The translations under genes were made by a program, and so were the position numbers. A stretch of 63,662 bases of DNA, the filler included, from Octopus bimaculoides (taxonomy: Eukaryota), in the NCBI RefSeq assembly GCF_001194135.2. It is 7 parts of 5 records of this genome, joined end to end, with 100 filler letters (N's around TTAATTAATTAA, not from the genome) between each part and the next. Parts side by side here need not be neighbours in the genome. Positions count along the whole stretch, not along the records: positions 25,959 to 50,014 come from NC_068982.1; 6 more parts are not named here. One strand, written 5' to 3'. Numbering within the stretch: the stretch's first letter is position 1; each line of letters starts with the position of its first letter. Below are positions 25,859-39,502 of the stretch, piece after piece. The notes beneath the pieces are model-generated. The model had not been told where the DNA came from, made no database searches, and saw only the letters and a program-made list of their open reading frames with translations.

Positions 25859-28800
25859 NNNNNNNNNNNNNNNNNNNNNNNNNNNNNNNNNNNNNNNNNN
25901 NNTTAATTAATTAANNNNNNNNNNNNNNNNNNNNNNNNNNNNNNNNNNNNNNNNNNNNTATATATATATATATATATATATATATTACACACACACACAT
26001 CTGTATATATAATTATCAGTGTGTATATGTATATGGATATATGTACGCACATATATACATATATACTAAACACATTGTATGTGCAACACATACAATGTGT
26101 TTGATATATATGCCCTATGTACTATTGATGTAAACTATGTACGTTAATATACATATAAACCTCACTATGAATCTAAGAATACATACACGTCTATAATTTT
26201 AACCGGCTGTACATATAATTATTGTTTAGATTCTATACAGATTTAGCTATCACTGGATTTTTATCTCATTCTTCAAAGCCATTCATTCGTTAATACTCTA
26301 AGTTTTCAATGAATCAAGAACAGGAAGTCTATTAATGCAGTTTTGCAAATGTGCTTGTTGGTTGAAGCGTTAATGGCTCTGATTATCAATGTTAGAAGAT
26401 GCTGATTTGAACTTAGGGAAATTCTGTTCTTAAATAGTGGCGTATCGAATAAAAATATGTTTCGCAGCAAATATTTTATAAATATGACAAGCCTTTTGTG
26501 TTGATGAATGTAGCAAGCTAGCTACCTATGTTGTCACATATGGAAATATAATTCAAACAAAATATTACGCTTAATATCATGAAAATATTTATTTTAGGAC
26601 CGAAATATCTATTTGGGCTGCTGCCTGAAAATGATTTCTGACTGATAAATATAGAGCAAATTTATGACATACAATATTTATGGAAACAAATTCTACTGAG
26701 ATTGCGGTTCTTATAACATGCTGTGATAACAAGCATCACACTTTAGTTAAGGTATGATAGATTGAGCTTATAGATGAATCTGGATAATATGAAAGATTTA
26801 ATCCGTATTTTGGTTTAAGAAAATAATTATGGTGATTAAAAATTGTAATAGCATATCGCAAATAGTATATTGCTGGACATTTAATTTGATTCGTATAGCC
26901 GTAGATGATATTTAATCATGGAATTAGTCGAAATTTCTAATTAGAAATGAAAAGAATTGCGTCCATAATATCTAATAATAGTTTCTCAATAAACAAAAAG
27001 AAAATACCGAAAAATTTGTCGAGGGTAGATATATGTTTATATTCTTGAGAGGTTAATCTTGTTAATAATGTGTCCATTTTAATGCATTCTATGGAATGGA
27101 AAAAAAAAACAACTTACGGATCAGTCAGATCTTTTACTATAAAAGTTTCAATATTCTAGTTTGATACAGAAAATGCTGAAATTTCGAGTAGGATAAAATA
27201 ATTTGGTAATTAGGTTTAAATTATTAATAGTGTTAAAATTCCTCTGCTCACGCCTAAATTGTAGTTATTGTCTTAAAAATATGACGTGTAGAAATAATAT
27301 TTGAATGTAGAGTAACATCTACTGGTAAAGTTGTCGCTAGCAGACGTGATCTATTAAGCTAAGGATTTATAATTAATTAAAATTACACCTTAAGTAATGA
27401 GAACAGCCATTATCTAAATGACAGAAAAGACAACATTTTAGAGCAAAATAAAAATATTTACACGGTCTATAGTGTTTTCTGTAAGATCTTGTTATCTTAA
27501 TATACAACATACTATGAATACATCTTTTGCTTTTAGTACCATCAGAAAAAAAGATCGATAAATTTTAGGATTAATCAATTTACTAATGGAAATTATCATA
27601 TGTATTAAAATTGGTTAAATTTTCATCAAACTACCGAAAATAACTCTAATAAAAGAATCAACTCGAAGTCATGGAAACGCAGCTATTACAACAGAATTTT
27701 AATTAATAATTTAAAACTGTCTAAGTTGAGTTCTAAAATAGAATGAAAAATCGATAATAATTATAAAAATAAAACAAAACAAATCTTTTTCCCCTGTATG
27801 ATTTACAAGTTAAGAGTTGTGTTACACACAAAATTCTGCAACAGTTTTAAACATATGATAGTATACTCGCATAATCTAGATGTTTAGTTGTTGTTGTTAG
27901 TCTTGACTAATCCCTCTCATTTAAGCTCGGGGATATTAGTATCTTAATGACACTGACGTAGTTGATAAATCTTGAGAACAGTTCATAGTTATCTTCTCAG
28001 ACAAGCTGTAGTTTAGTTTGGTGTAAATATATAACACCATGAAGTGTTTAGTTGCTTGGAGTAAAGTATAGTATCTCGAGTATGTTGCTTTCGGTTTTTT
28101 TTTTACAAAACAAAACATTATAAATGATTAAAAGCTTTGATGGTTGTCGAAGCATATGCAGACCAGAATGGATTGGTGACTCTACACCACAGAATTTATT
28201 ACAAGTTTGGCAACCAACAATTCAATTAATTTAATGAAGAAATTGGAGTTGAATTACATTTGATGCATAGGTATATCTTCTATTGCATGGCTAAGACAAG
28301 TATTAAGTATGTTTCTTATTTGATGATTTTCTCAATTTAGGAACTTGAATAGTCAGCTAATTGTTTGCACTAGTGAAGATGTTGAAGTTTGTTCAATCTT
28401 TTCTCGCTTGACATGCTGTAGTATATGAAAGATTTCACTTCTCTAACGAGATTTTGAAGTAGCTCCACTTTTGCTGATCAAACTTATCGACTCTGTTTTA
28501 AGTCCCAAATCCCTGAGAACTGTCTCTGCAATATCGATGATAGGAAGACAAAAGAGGTACAATGTCAAGCTATGATACACAAATCGAACTAACGCCCTGG
28601 TCATCGTTTATTTGTCCTTCCAACAACAAAATAATTTCTAAACGATTTACTTTAGATTTTACGAATCAAATTGTGAAGTTAACGGCATTTAGGATTTGAT
28701 GGTTGTAAGTTATAAGGTTTCTGGAATACAAGTGAATATCTTAAGTTCTTAGAAAATCAACAGCAGCCTACTAGATAACATGTTTACTCCAATAACGTTT

Positions 28801-29069
28801 TTATGATACACACTGAGTTTCATTATACTCATACATTTAAGAAGTTATACATGCAGATGTCTGTTGGAGGAAATCTTAACAATGGAATGAGTGACTAACA
28901 GAAAGTTTCGACAATAATTGCAGCAAAAAAATTTCTGGAAGAGTTCACTGATTTCTCGTTGTTTTGTTTAGCGTAAATTCGTGAAAAAAAGAACAAAAAA
29001 AACCCACTGCAAATAGTGTTTAGGAATCCTCGAGAGGCCAGTAAAATTCACTTTAGAATATTCATCCTT

Positions 29070-29240
29070 TCTATTATAGGAACAAGGAATGGAATTTGGG
29101 GGAGGGGTTAGTTGATTACATTGATCCTAGTGCTCAGTTTGGTACTTATTTTATCGATCCAGGAAAGATGAAATGAAAATTCGATCTAGGCGGAATTTGA
29201 ACTCAAATTCTGGTAAGGATTTTGTCCAGTGTGCTAACGA
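29070..29240 (-). mobile_element. SINE family B
   Basis: TATCGATCC..GATGAAA..GGCGGAATTTGAACTCA..GCTAACGATATTGCCAGC. Confidence 0.7.
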
Positions 29241-29559
29241 TATTGCCAGCTTGCCACGTTGCTTCAGTTCATTAAGATAGACAAACTTATTTGTAAAATT
29301 ATTAATAACACAGTAACAAATTCATTTACAACTTGAATATATCTGCTTTTTGAATTAGGAAAATTAAAACAAGATAAACCTAGTATTAGTTTGACGCTTT
29401 AATTCAGTGAGATTATGAACTCACAAAACAGCTTTAGAAACAGTAGGTCCACTGAGATAATCACTCCATTTGCTGCCAATTTTTCTTCCAATTCCACACT
29501 TTATAACAAAATCCTTTCCAAATTCTCATCTTTTACTCCTGCTGCTGCTACTGCTGCTG

Positions 29560-30370
29560 TATCGTACGGGTCCAGCAGGTAGAACATTATGGATCGCAAT
29601 CTCGATTTTTCTTTTACTTTCCTTATACATTCACTGTATTTTAAGTTGACTCCATTCTTGATGTTATCCATCTACGTTATTCTTGGTTTCCTCTCACCAT
29701 TCGTCTTGCCTTCAGCTTCTGTATACTATTTTTTCCCTAACGACGTTTTCAAAATATTTTAGATTTGCCTTTGATTGTGTCTAATAAAATTTTCTTAGAT
29801 TTTTGTCATTTTGAACACTTCCTCATTGGTTTTGTGTCTTATCTATGATATTCTCAAATGTCATCCATATGTTCATATTTCAAAAACTACAGTTTCATAT
29901 AGCACATCAGACCTTATATAATATTTTAATAATCTGGTTCCCATACTAATGTTTCTTGATGTTATATATTTAGCAAAGTTTTAAATGACTTTATAGCTAT
30001 TTCAATCCGTCATTTGATTTCTGCTTCACATTTCCCGTTTCTAATTGCGTATATACCCGAAACTTTATCTTTAGTGACTGTTGATTCTTATTGATTACCG
30101 TTGATCTTGTCTTCTTTACATTCATTTCCATTCCATAAGACATTTACTTGTTAACAGCAGTTACAAGTTTCTGCAGGCTATCTTTTTCTGAAAGTTAATA
30201 AGGAAGAATCATTTACAAATCTAAAGCTGTTGACGTCAAACCTCCTATTGACATTCTTGGCATGTCTTCATCTTGTCTGAAAATCTTCTCAGGGAGAGAT
30301 TAAATACGCTAGAGGATAGTACATAGTCTTGTCAGATTCCTTTCTTTATTCCATATTCTATGATATTCCT
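29560..30370 (-). mobile_element. Degenerate RTE-clade LINE (RT to C-terminus)
   Basis: Minus strand GIKKGIRQDYVLSSSVFN (G.RQG..LSP.LFN), SLQKLVTAVN, YGMEMNVKKT; many stops. Confidence 0.7.
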
Positions 30371-30449
30371 TATTCATATCCTAAGTTTTGATAGAGTCGA
30401 TTATCGTTCCATGCTTTTCTCAATCAAATATCTTTGTATACTCTTTTAC

Positions 30450-30649
30450 TCTTTTAATTGTTTCAGTCATTCGACTGCGGCCATGCTGGAGCACCGCCTT
30501 TAATCGACCTCCAGGACTTATTCTTTGTAAGCCTAGTTCTTATTCTATCATTTTCTTTTTGCCGAACCGCTAAGTTACGGGGACGTAAACACACTAGCAT
30601 CGGTTGTCAAGCGATGTTGGGGAACAAGCACAGACACACAAACACACAA

Positions 30650-30745
<96 letters not shown>

Positions 30746-30906
30746 CGGGCTTCTTTCAGTTTCCGTCTACCAAATCTACTCACAAGGCTTTGGTCGGCCC
30801 CAGGCTATGGTAGAAGACACTTGTCCAAGGTGCCACGCAGTGGGACTGAACCCGGAACCATGTGGTTGGTAAGCAAGCTACTTACCACACAGCCACTCCT
30901 GCGCCT
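30450..30906 (-). mobile_element. SINE family A, full length and well preserved, with internal (TA)n/(TG)n
   Basis: A box TGGCTGTGTGGTAAG (30881-30895), B box GGTTCAGTCCC (30842-30852), terminal CAGTC/GACTG stem-loop. Confidence 0.9.
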
Positions 30907-33195
30907 ACGTAAAATAATGAGAAACATGCGTAAATGTCTTGTGTCCAGAGCTCTTGCGCATGTTTTTCTTAGGCTAAATAGCCTTTCATTTTCCATTCAT
31001 GGTCTAAAACAATTTTGAAGATAACTTATTTTTGTCATTTATCATTGCTGTAATTTTTTGTTAGAAGAATTTTAATAATACTTTAATTTTATGGCCATAA
31101 ATTGTGTGCTGTATTGAGCCTTTGGTCTTTGGTAAGGGAGCAAAGGTTGTTTTGTCTCTATTGGTAAGTGTCTATTCTCATTCGTACATACATTTGTTAC
31201 GCGTGAAAGTGTTTTCAATTGCTCTGACTCAATAAAGAGACCGGGTCTAATGTTGCTTCTCCCATTATTTAGGAACTACAATCCAGAAGGGTCATCATTT
31301 ATGCTAAATATTTAAATATTTCTGTTTTTTTTTGTTCAGAGGGATTATCCCAATCAATGCAAGATATAGAGAATTCTACTTCAAGAGACCGGCACGTCCC
31401 CTGACAATACTAACTAGCAACTATCAATATCGGAACGTTCCATTAATATATTTTCTTCATCCATGTAATTCCTATTTACTACATCCTTACGCACAAACAC
31501 ATGCACACATACTTATTTGCGTTAACACACACATGTATAAGCATATACATTAATGACTCTTGGTCTTGTCAACTGAGTAGAATATGCTTGATTGAGGAGG
31601 TCTAACTGCATCGTAACATGTCATTGCTTTCACCAGTTGGTTTTAAAACCAAACCATTCCACGTGGCATTCCCAACCGCAAAACTTAATTTATTGATCTT
31701 ATTGAAGTCATTTTCCTTGCTTGTTGTTTTTGGTATTTTAAGTATCCCTAGAGGAGGTATTTGCCTAAAATTACATATATGTTATATGGTGAGTTTTGCA
31801 ACTCCCTATATAATATATATGAGACCTAATTGTATTTGTATTAACGTTTCACTCGGAGATGGAAACAATATTAAACAACCACCACTTTCTCACCTTCAGT
31901 TTCTCTCTCTGCTTGATAACCAGTTAGAATATTTATTTATAGAGCATGATATAACAGAGACTTTCTTACGTCACCATGAAATTTCTTTGTTCTCCCTCAT
32001 TTCAATCTAGACATTAATCTAAATATGTCCAAACCGAACTTCAATCACGTTTATCTCACTAGTCTTGAGGATCTACGGAAGCCAATGGCACTGACCCTTC
32101 TCATTAGACTAACTAATTAAAGAAATATATTTATCTTTAACCACATTAATATTACATATGTCAGACAAATCAACGTAGCATCTTCAACAAAACGATATTG
32201 AAATTTAATTGCTGATGCTATCTTTTAATCTTGTTGGTTTATAAAGTTGATAAGTTAATTTCTTGTTTTACATGGCTTGCTACTTTTAAATAAGTTGAAA
32301 CGTATGCACCATAAAATCTCCGTCTCAGGTTAATGGACGATAAGTATTCCCTTGCTCAAATTTAGTTGAATTTTGATATTAACAATAATGTGAAATGCTA
32401 TAGTTTTATTGTTTCATTGATAAAAGTGAAAAACATTCCCATCTTCTTACTGACACCTCATTCATTGAAGTTGTCTAGTTATTATAAGTTTCTTAGAAAC
32501 ATTTTATCAGAGTTAGTTTCCCATCGGAATTTTAAGATGAATACACTTTTCTCTCAGAATCCTTACTGATTTAATGTCAGTCATGCGCAATACATTGCTT
32601 GAAGTTTCTCTTGTCTTTAAGACATTAATGAAACAATAGAAGATCGTGTAACGGCCATTGTCAGTTGTTCTGGTAATGTTTAATATCATAATTAACTCTT
32701 TCATTTTCCGTGGAATAACGGATATTGCAGAATGGTATCAAGAATTTATGATCACACATATACGTAATTATTTCTGTAATAAGTTGTTACATCAAGACTC
32801 AGGCACTGAGTATTACAATTAAATTTTAATTTAAAGATATCTTAAATTGTTTTCTCTCTCGCATATGCTAAACTTATGACCAGCCAAAAATGTATCCCAC
32901 AAATTATATCACATTCTAGGATTGCGGTGTTCTGCAAGTGACCATCAGAAATATAACGGTTGTTTTCGTACATCGTTTTGTTTGCAGTTTCTTTCCTTTA
33001 TCAAGTTAAGAGGTTCCGTTCTAGTCTTGAAGATTCTTTCTACCTACTTCTTCTCAAGCTATATCGATTAATAAAACAACATCCCCAGTTTTCTTCAACT
33101 TCATTCATGATACCTACATTGTTAATGTGTACCATATCATATATAACATACTATACTATGTATATTGTTCTCTACCATGTAAACTGTACTATGAA

Positions 33196-33508
33196 GGTAC
33201 GTGGCTAAGTGGTTAGGGTGTTCGGCTCTCAATCGGGAAGCCGTGAATTTGATTCTTGGCGGAGCATTGTATCCTCGAGCAAAACACTTTATTTCACGTT
33301 GCTCCAGTTCACTCAGCTAGCAAAATTGAGTTACGCATGTAATTTAAATGGCCAGCCTTGTCACATTGTTACGCTGAATCTCCCTGAGAACTAAGTTAAG
33401 GGTATGCATATTTGTGGAGTGTTCAACAACTTGTACGTTATTTTCACAAACAGCCTGTTCCGTTGATTGGATCAACTGGAACACTCATCGTCGTAATCGA
33501 CGGAGTGA
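33196..33508 (+). mobile_element. SINE family C
   Basis: TGGCTAAGTGGTTAGGG (A box), GAATTTGATTCTTGG (B-box like); tail shared with 53714-54091. Confidence 0.8.
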
Positions 33509-33596
33509 AAGAATATAGTGTATTATATCGTATGTAAGTTATGCCATATATACTGCACTATATCATATATACTGTATTGTACCAAATACATAAAGT

Positions 33597-34245
33597 CTAG
33601 ATGAAAGAAAAAAGAGCAATAACTCTTGAAATATGCATGTACATCCATTACCTACTTTTTCAGTCTTCGATCGCATTGTTTACATAGATGTATTCGTATA
33701 TGAAACGTTGCAACATGCACTGGAGTTTATGGAAAATCTATAGAAATAAACTTAAAAGTGACATTATTGCACTACTAACACAATATTAACTTATAAACAT
33801 TTAATATACTTTGTAGTATATTCTGTTTGCAAAATGAAATACGGTGTCCTAGCTAGCAATTAATATGTACGTACCAGCTGCAAGGAATGTGTTAAATATG
33901 TAAAGTGGTCTATCAAATTGTGTTAAACCGCTAAACTTTGTGGGTATTTAAGCAATGTACTCGTGGATAGTTGATGTGTTGGATGTGGTACTGATGAAAG
34001 AGCAATAACTCTTAAAATATGCATATACACCCATTGCTTATAAATGTATTCGTATACAAAACGTTGTAATATGCAGTGCTGGCTCTAGATCCTATAGAAT
34101 ATCTATAGAAATAAACTTAAAAGTGAGAATATCGCACTGCTAGCACAAAAAATACAGTATTCAATTGTAAAGCTTTAATAAGCTTAGTAGTATATCATGG
34201 TTGCAAAACGAAATCCTGTGTCCTTCTTAGTAATTAGTACTATGC
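33597..34245 (+). repeat. Tandem duplication (offset 386 bp), each unit starting with a degenerate hammerhead
   Basis: AAGAGCAATAACTCTT at 33612 and 33998; also shared are TGTATTCGTATA, TCTATAGAAATAAACTTAAAAGTGA and TTGCAAAA.GAAAT. Confidence 0.85.
33980..34033 (+). ncRNA. Degenerate type I hammerhead (HHR-F); partner relic HHR-G at 33597-33647
   Basis: TGGATG-TGG-TA CTGATGA AAGAG CAATAA CTCTT AAAA T ATGC ATA TA CACCCA. G12 is mutated here but intact in the other copy. Confidence 0.6.
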
Positions 34246-34635
34246 TACATATATAGTATACTATATCATATAAATGTAAGGGCTATAATTGGTCATCCGT
34301 TAGATTCCAAGTTCACAGTTGAGGCTGGAGCTAGGGATCCGTAGTAGGCTTCCGAGTTAGCAGGTATATGTTAAAGGAAAATGGACAACAAAACCAAGAT
34401 AGGATGAGTATCTCACTTAGAATATTTAATTAGAGTGAGGTGAATCGAAAAAGGAGAAAGCTGATTAGGTCATTTTATCTAAACTGGAACGCATGATTTT
34501 CATGTTCATGTTTGTATTTTTAGCGTGTCTATAATATTTGCTTTTATTCATTCCCGAACTCGATGGGTCTATCTGTTTCAACACATGGTTTCACAACAGG
34601 AATCTTGAAAAACAGATTCATAAACGTATCTGTCA

Positions 34636-34711
<76 letters not shown>

Positions 34712-37119
34712 GTTGATATTACTGCATTCAACAGAGCAGTGTGATCTGAATTTGTTATATACATTTGAAATCACAAAGGAATTACTATAATGACCATTAT
34801 CACTTGGATTATTAAGAAAAAAGAACGCATGATTGTTACCATTTCTAATTTCTTTGTTATATTCTTAATATCTGTCCTGTTTAACATACTATCCAATTAA
34901 ATAAATTCTTAATGTGGGTGAAAGGAAACTATTAACTTTATGAGAAAATTTCATCTAACAATTTTGAAAACTTTCTTCCTATATAAACTTTATAATATTA
35001 TTTTCTTGTAAATATCTTCAAACGATTTGAACTAACAATTCTATAGTTAACTTCTTTCTTAATGAATCAAGGTTTCGCTAGATTATTATTGCATATTTGC
35101 TTCTTTAAATTAAAAGCATAGCGTGTAGCTTGGGCAAGCAAACCTGAAAGCAATGACTCTTCTTCTGCCAGTTTTAATAAAATAAAACAACAATATAAAC
35201 TAATATTAGAACGAAGTGTAAATTTTCAAAAATGCTTATTCAGTAGAAAGTGTTCGTTTTAATGCAAAGCAAGATTAGTCGCAAAATAACATTTGGTTTT
35301 AAAAAAGGTAAAGAAAAAGAAAATAAACCAACAAATGGTTTCTTGTAATTAGTGAAAGTGAAGTTAATGACTTATTGCGTTGAACAAATACTCAATCATG
35401 AAGTTGGTTTTTGGAAAAAGAAAGAAGAAAAATCGCATTTGAATGCTAAATGAAAAATTTCCAATTAAAGAAACCAAATTAATAGTTAATTTCATCAGTG
35501 AAACCCTTCGCTTCGTATTCGTCTGCATATTTGGACATTTGTAAGTTGTGTTTTTGGCCTTGTCATCCAAACTTGAAGACAGCAAGAAAGCAATAGCAAT
35601 GTTTCACACTAAAAAAATAACGGAACCTGACAATTATAGAAAACAAAACCAATATATGATGCAATTATTATAATTATCTAGTTAGATTGAATATTTCAAT
35701 TAAGTACTCTGGAATTTATTTTAACAAGATCTTGCTGGTTAAGAGAAAGAAAATTACAGATCAACTAGGAGAAGATGCAATTATAAGTATATTATTCGAG
35801 ACAAAGCTAATTATAAGCATATTTTACTATGAATAGTTACAAAGATGTCTTCTCTGTACTGATACTTTTGCTGTGAACAGAGTTAATTACAGAGATTACT
35901 ACGAAGACAGAAAACTTAAAAGATAACTTAGCTTCTACCAGAATCGTATTTTATGGCATTCCACAAACCTGTATTTTTTCCTTCATTCCCATCAAAAATT
36001 TACCCTTTTACAGTTATGACCGAATCTAAAAAATGCAAAAAAAAAAAGACCCCTCACTCCGAAAAGAAAACGAAAAATCAATGCTGCCTTAAATTTAGTT
36101 ACCATAAAGCAGATAATGTTGTTTGAAAATCTTACCTGCAGAATTACCACCGAGCTTTCTGGACCACTGATAAGAGAGTTTTACCTAACGTTTCTGCCCA
36201 TCATTATACTCAAGATGATTTCCCCACTCTAATAAATCCGCTGTATTCTCTCGGTCTTACTTCAACGTTTACATTGCAAACACACACAACAAAGCTCGTC
36301 CAAAAACGTATTGCTTCAGTTCACCTGCCACACTTTCCTCTGAACTATTCCGATAATTTCAAGCCAACAAGTAAATTGGTGATGAAGGTTTTACTTTCAT
36401 TATCATCATTCATTGATCTATTGATATAGGTTTTATTTTAACCAAACTCTTTATATTCGACAGTACATGGAGATGTATAATCGAGTGTCTCAGTCATAAG
36501 AAGGTTAACATATATAACCGCACAAATTACCACACTAATGTTCTCACTTCTAAGGTATTCTGTAAAGAATTGAGACCCTCTTCCCTTCTCAGTGACCACC
36601 TGTACGATTTCCGAGAACCAGCTCTACCAGTGAGTTGCTCTCCTTTATCACCCTCCTCTCTTACTTTCGAACTTCAGCTTAAGCAGCGTTTTTCCTTTTT
36701 CATAGTTCTTAGAAAAACCTTCAACAATTTCAAGTTCAAGAATCTGAATGATAATTACAATATGTCGCTTATCTCTTAGATTAAAAGTTTTCTGCCAAAC
36801 CGCTTCAGATTGCGTCCCCCATCTCATAGTCTATCAGCTCAAGTGACCGCTGATCTCGATAATATTCACCGAACATTTCCTTTTCTTAATTGACTGTTAG
36901 CTCTTACGATACACATTTCAACTATAATGACATCACTCTTCAGACCATTCTGAACATAAGCACCTCTTTAGAAGCCTCGTACCAAACGTTTACTGTTTTC
37001 ATTAAAAGAAGCATTGAAAATTCTCCAATAAGAACATAACAAACTAGAAAAATATATCCGCTATGCATATCAAACAAACAATCTTACACTTCATTCTCTG
37101 TAAAGAAAAAACGCCAAGT

Positions 37120-37345
37120 TACCTTCTCGAGTCATGCTGATTCATAAAAGCCAGTTTCTCGGTTTCATGGCTTATAAATTTCTCACGTGGACAGGATGTC
37201 GCTTTGTTGCAAGATGACTCATTTTTGCCAGCTGATTGGACTGGAGAAACGTGAAATGAAGTATTTTGCTCAAGAACACAACGCGTAGCTCGGCCCAGGA
37301 ATCGAAACCACAATATTACGATCATGAGTCCAGCACCTTAACCAC
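37120..37345 (-). mobile_element. SINE family C variant
   Basis: Reverse complement TGGTTAAGTGCTGGACTCATGATCG...GTTTCGATTCCTGGG; matches 58296-58545. Confidence 0.75.
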
Positions 37346-38553
37346 TGTTTGACTTTTATATCAGTAAATTTTAACAAGCAATGAAAACCTCATAGATATT
37401 AAAGATAAAAGAATCAAGAAAGTGTTAAATTCATATTTTGCCGAGGTTTTGGTTGGGAATCGGAATTGAATCAAGCAATACATTACCTGAACCGCAACAA
37501 CTCCGACTGTAGTAATTACAGATATTATATTGTACAGTTATCAATAAAATAAAGAAGCACGTATGGTAATATGTAATGAATTTCCTAAGATTGTATCTTT
37601 TGATTACGATTAAATGTTACCAGAGCGAGATATTTGCTGGTTGAATCTAAAGGCTACATAAGATTTTCTGTCATATTTATCCAATGGGGGTCAAGTATAC
37701 TGTCTGAGAGTGAAACAATTATTAACTGGATATTATTTCTAAAATAAAGAATAGTCACCTTAGACCAACCAACAAATAAAAACAGCCTATCTTCTATTGC
37801 TTCGTAATGAAGTTAAAGTTCTATAAAATTAAAGGAGTCAAATACTACAGTTTATTTCAGCTGACTGTAAACTCTCTCTAAATAGTGAGGTTTTGTTAAA
37901 ATGTTATAATCCAATACACACACACACACACACACNNNNNNNNNNNNNNNNNNNNNNNNNNNNNNNNNNNNNNNNNNNNNNNNNNNNNNNNNNNNNNNNN
38001 NNNNNNNNNNNNNNNNNNNNNNNNNNNNNNNNNNNNNNNNNNNNNNNNNNNNNNNNNNNNNNNNNNNNNNNNNNNNNNNNNNNNNNNNNNNNNNNNNNNN
38101 NNNNNNNNNNNNNNNNNNNNNNNNNNNNNNNNNNNNNNNNNNNNNNNNNNNNNNNNNNNNNNNNNNNNNNNNNNNNNNNNNNNNNNNNNNNNNNNNNNNN
38201 NNNNNNNNNNNNNNNNNNNNNNNNNNNNNNNNNNNNNNNNNNNNNNNNNNNNNNNNNNNNNNNNNNNNNNNNNNNNNNNNNNNNNNNNNNNNNNNNNNNN
38301 NNNNNNNNNNNNNNNNNNNNNNNNNNNNNNNNNNNNNNNNNNNNNNNNNNNNNNNNNNNNNNNNNNNNNNNNNNNNNNNNNNNNNNNNNNNNNNNNNNNN
38401 NNNNNNNNNNNNNNNNNNNNNNNNNNNNNNNNNNNNNNNNNNNNNNNNNNNNNNNNNNNNNNNNNNNNNNNNNNNNNNNNNNNNNNNNNNNNNNNNNNNN
38501 NNNNNNNNNNNNNNNNNNNNNNNNNNNNNNNNNNNNNNNNNNNNNNNNNNNNN

Positions 38554-39182
38554 AGCAAAATTTTAAAAATTTCACTACCAGTGGCCTAGCATGTATAAAG
38601 AGTCAATAGACAACATATTTTTCCATATAAAATTAGTGTATATTTAAATACAAAAGAAGCGACCATTAATAGGCAGCCTTACATGCTAGAAGGAGCAGTA
38701 CACTAATTTTATATGGAAAATATGTTGTCTATTGACTTTTTATACATGCTAGGGCACTGGTAGAGAAATTTCTAAAATTTTGCTACCCTATCTTATTTTG
38801 TCAATATGATTTTAGTAATTTTTGAAGTTAATTCGGCATTTTTACATCTGTTGCCCATTGAAAACCGCACTTGCGCGCTGAATTTGAAGAATTATAATAT
38901 ATAAGGATGAAACATGTGTTATTCTGTCTCTAAATTAAATGTTAATTGGTTTGGCGTAATCACTGAGGAGAACTTCACCTAGCAAATTATTTTATTTGCT
39001 AATTACAGTTCGAAACCTAGGTATGGCTGTAAAAAGAAAACAGGTAAAAGTTTTTATTTTTCATTCCCTTCGAAATTGCTCTTAAATGTGGTTTTTGGAC
39101 GTTTTGACTGCTCCTTCTAGCATGTAAGGCTGCCTATTAAGGGTCGCCTCTTTTGTAATTTAAATGTACACTAATTTTATAT

Positions 39183-39184
<2 letters not shown>
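38554..39184 (+). mobile_element. Hammerhead-bearing 468-bp non-coding unit with 18-bp terminal direct repeat and adjacent inverted copy (retrozyme / pseudo-LTR-like)
   Basis: TACACTAATTTTATATGG at 38699 and 39167; reverse complement of 38554-38698 corresponds to 39108-39184 followed directly by 38717-38784; ends in (TA)n. Confidence 0.75.
38956..39029 (+). ncRNA. Type I hammerhead ribozyme, intact core (HHR-B)
   Basis: TCA CTGAGGA GAACT...[TAGCAAAT/ATTTGCTA]...AGTTC GAAA C CTAG GTA TGG. GUA site, predicted cleavage after 39023; stem I is weak. Confidence 0.8.
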
Positions 39185-39236
<52 letters not shown>

Positions 39237-39502
39237 CTAGTATACATATACGTAGATATATGTATATATTTTATAAAAAATGGCTGAATGTGGATTCGTT
39301 CTTTAATTGGAGTAGTTTCCGAAAGCTTTCTAACGTTAACTCTTCATACTTTACTTTGAACTTCCTGGTGTAAAATGGCGTAGATATGAAAAGTTATATA
39401 AATATATTAAGTATATGATTTAAGTTATAGACCAAAGTTCAACAAATTCAATCATATTTTTCATAAATGGAGGAGATTAGATGTTAATATGGGATAAAAT
39501 AT

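Noticed and set aside
26598-26752. Acceptor- and donor-bounded exon-like segment
   Set aside because: Stops in all three frames; splice-like motifs are common in AT-rich DNA. Needs RNA evidence.
28230-28430. 70-nt GT-AG intron (28271-28340) joining an in-frame HRNLNSQLIV peptide reminiscent of kinase subdomain VIb
   Set aside because: In-frame stops immediately upstream and about 29 codons downstream; no DFG or APE motifs; likely chance.
36570-37080. Possible ancient RT fragment (VTAD motif)
   Set aside because: A single weak motif with no supporting B or C motifs.
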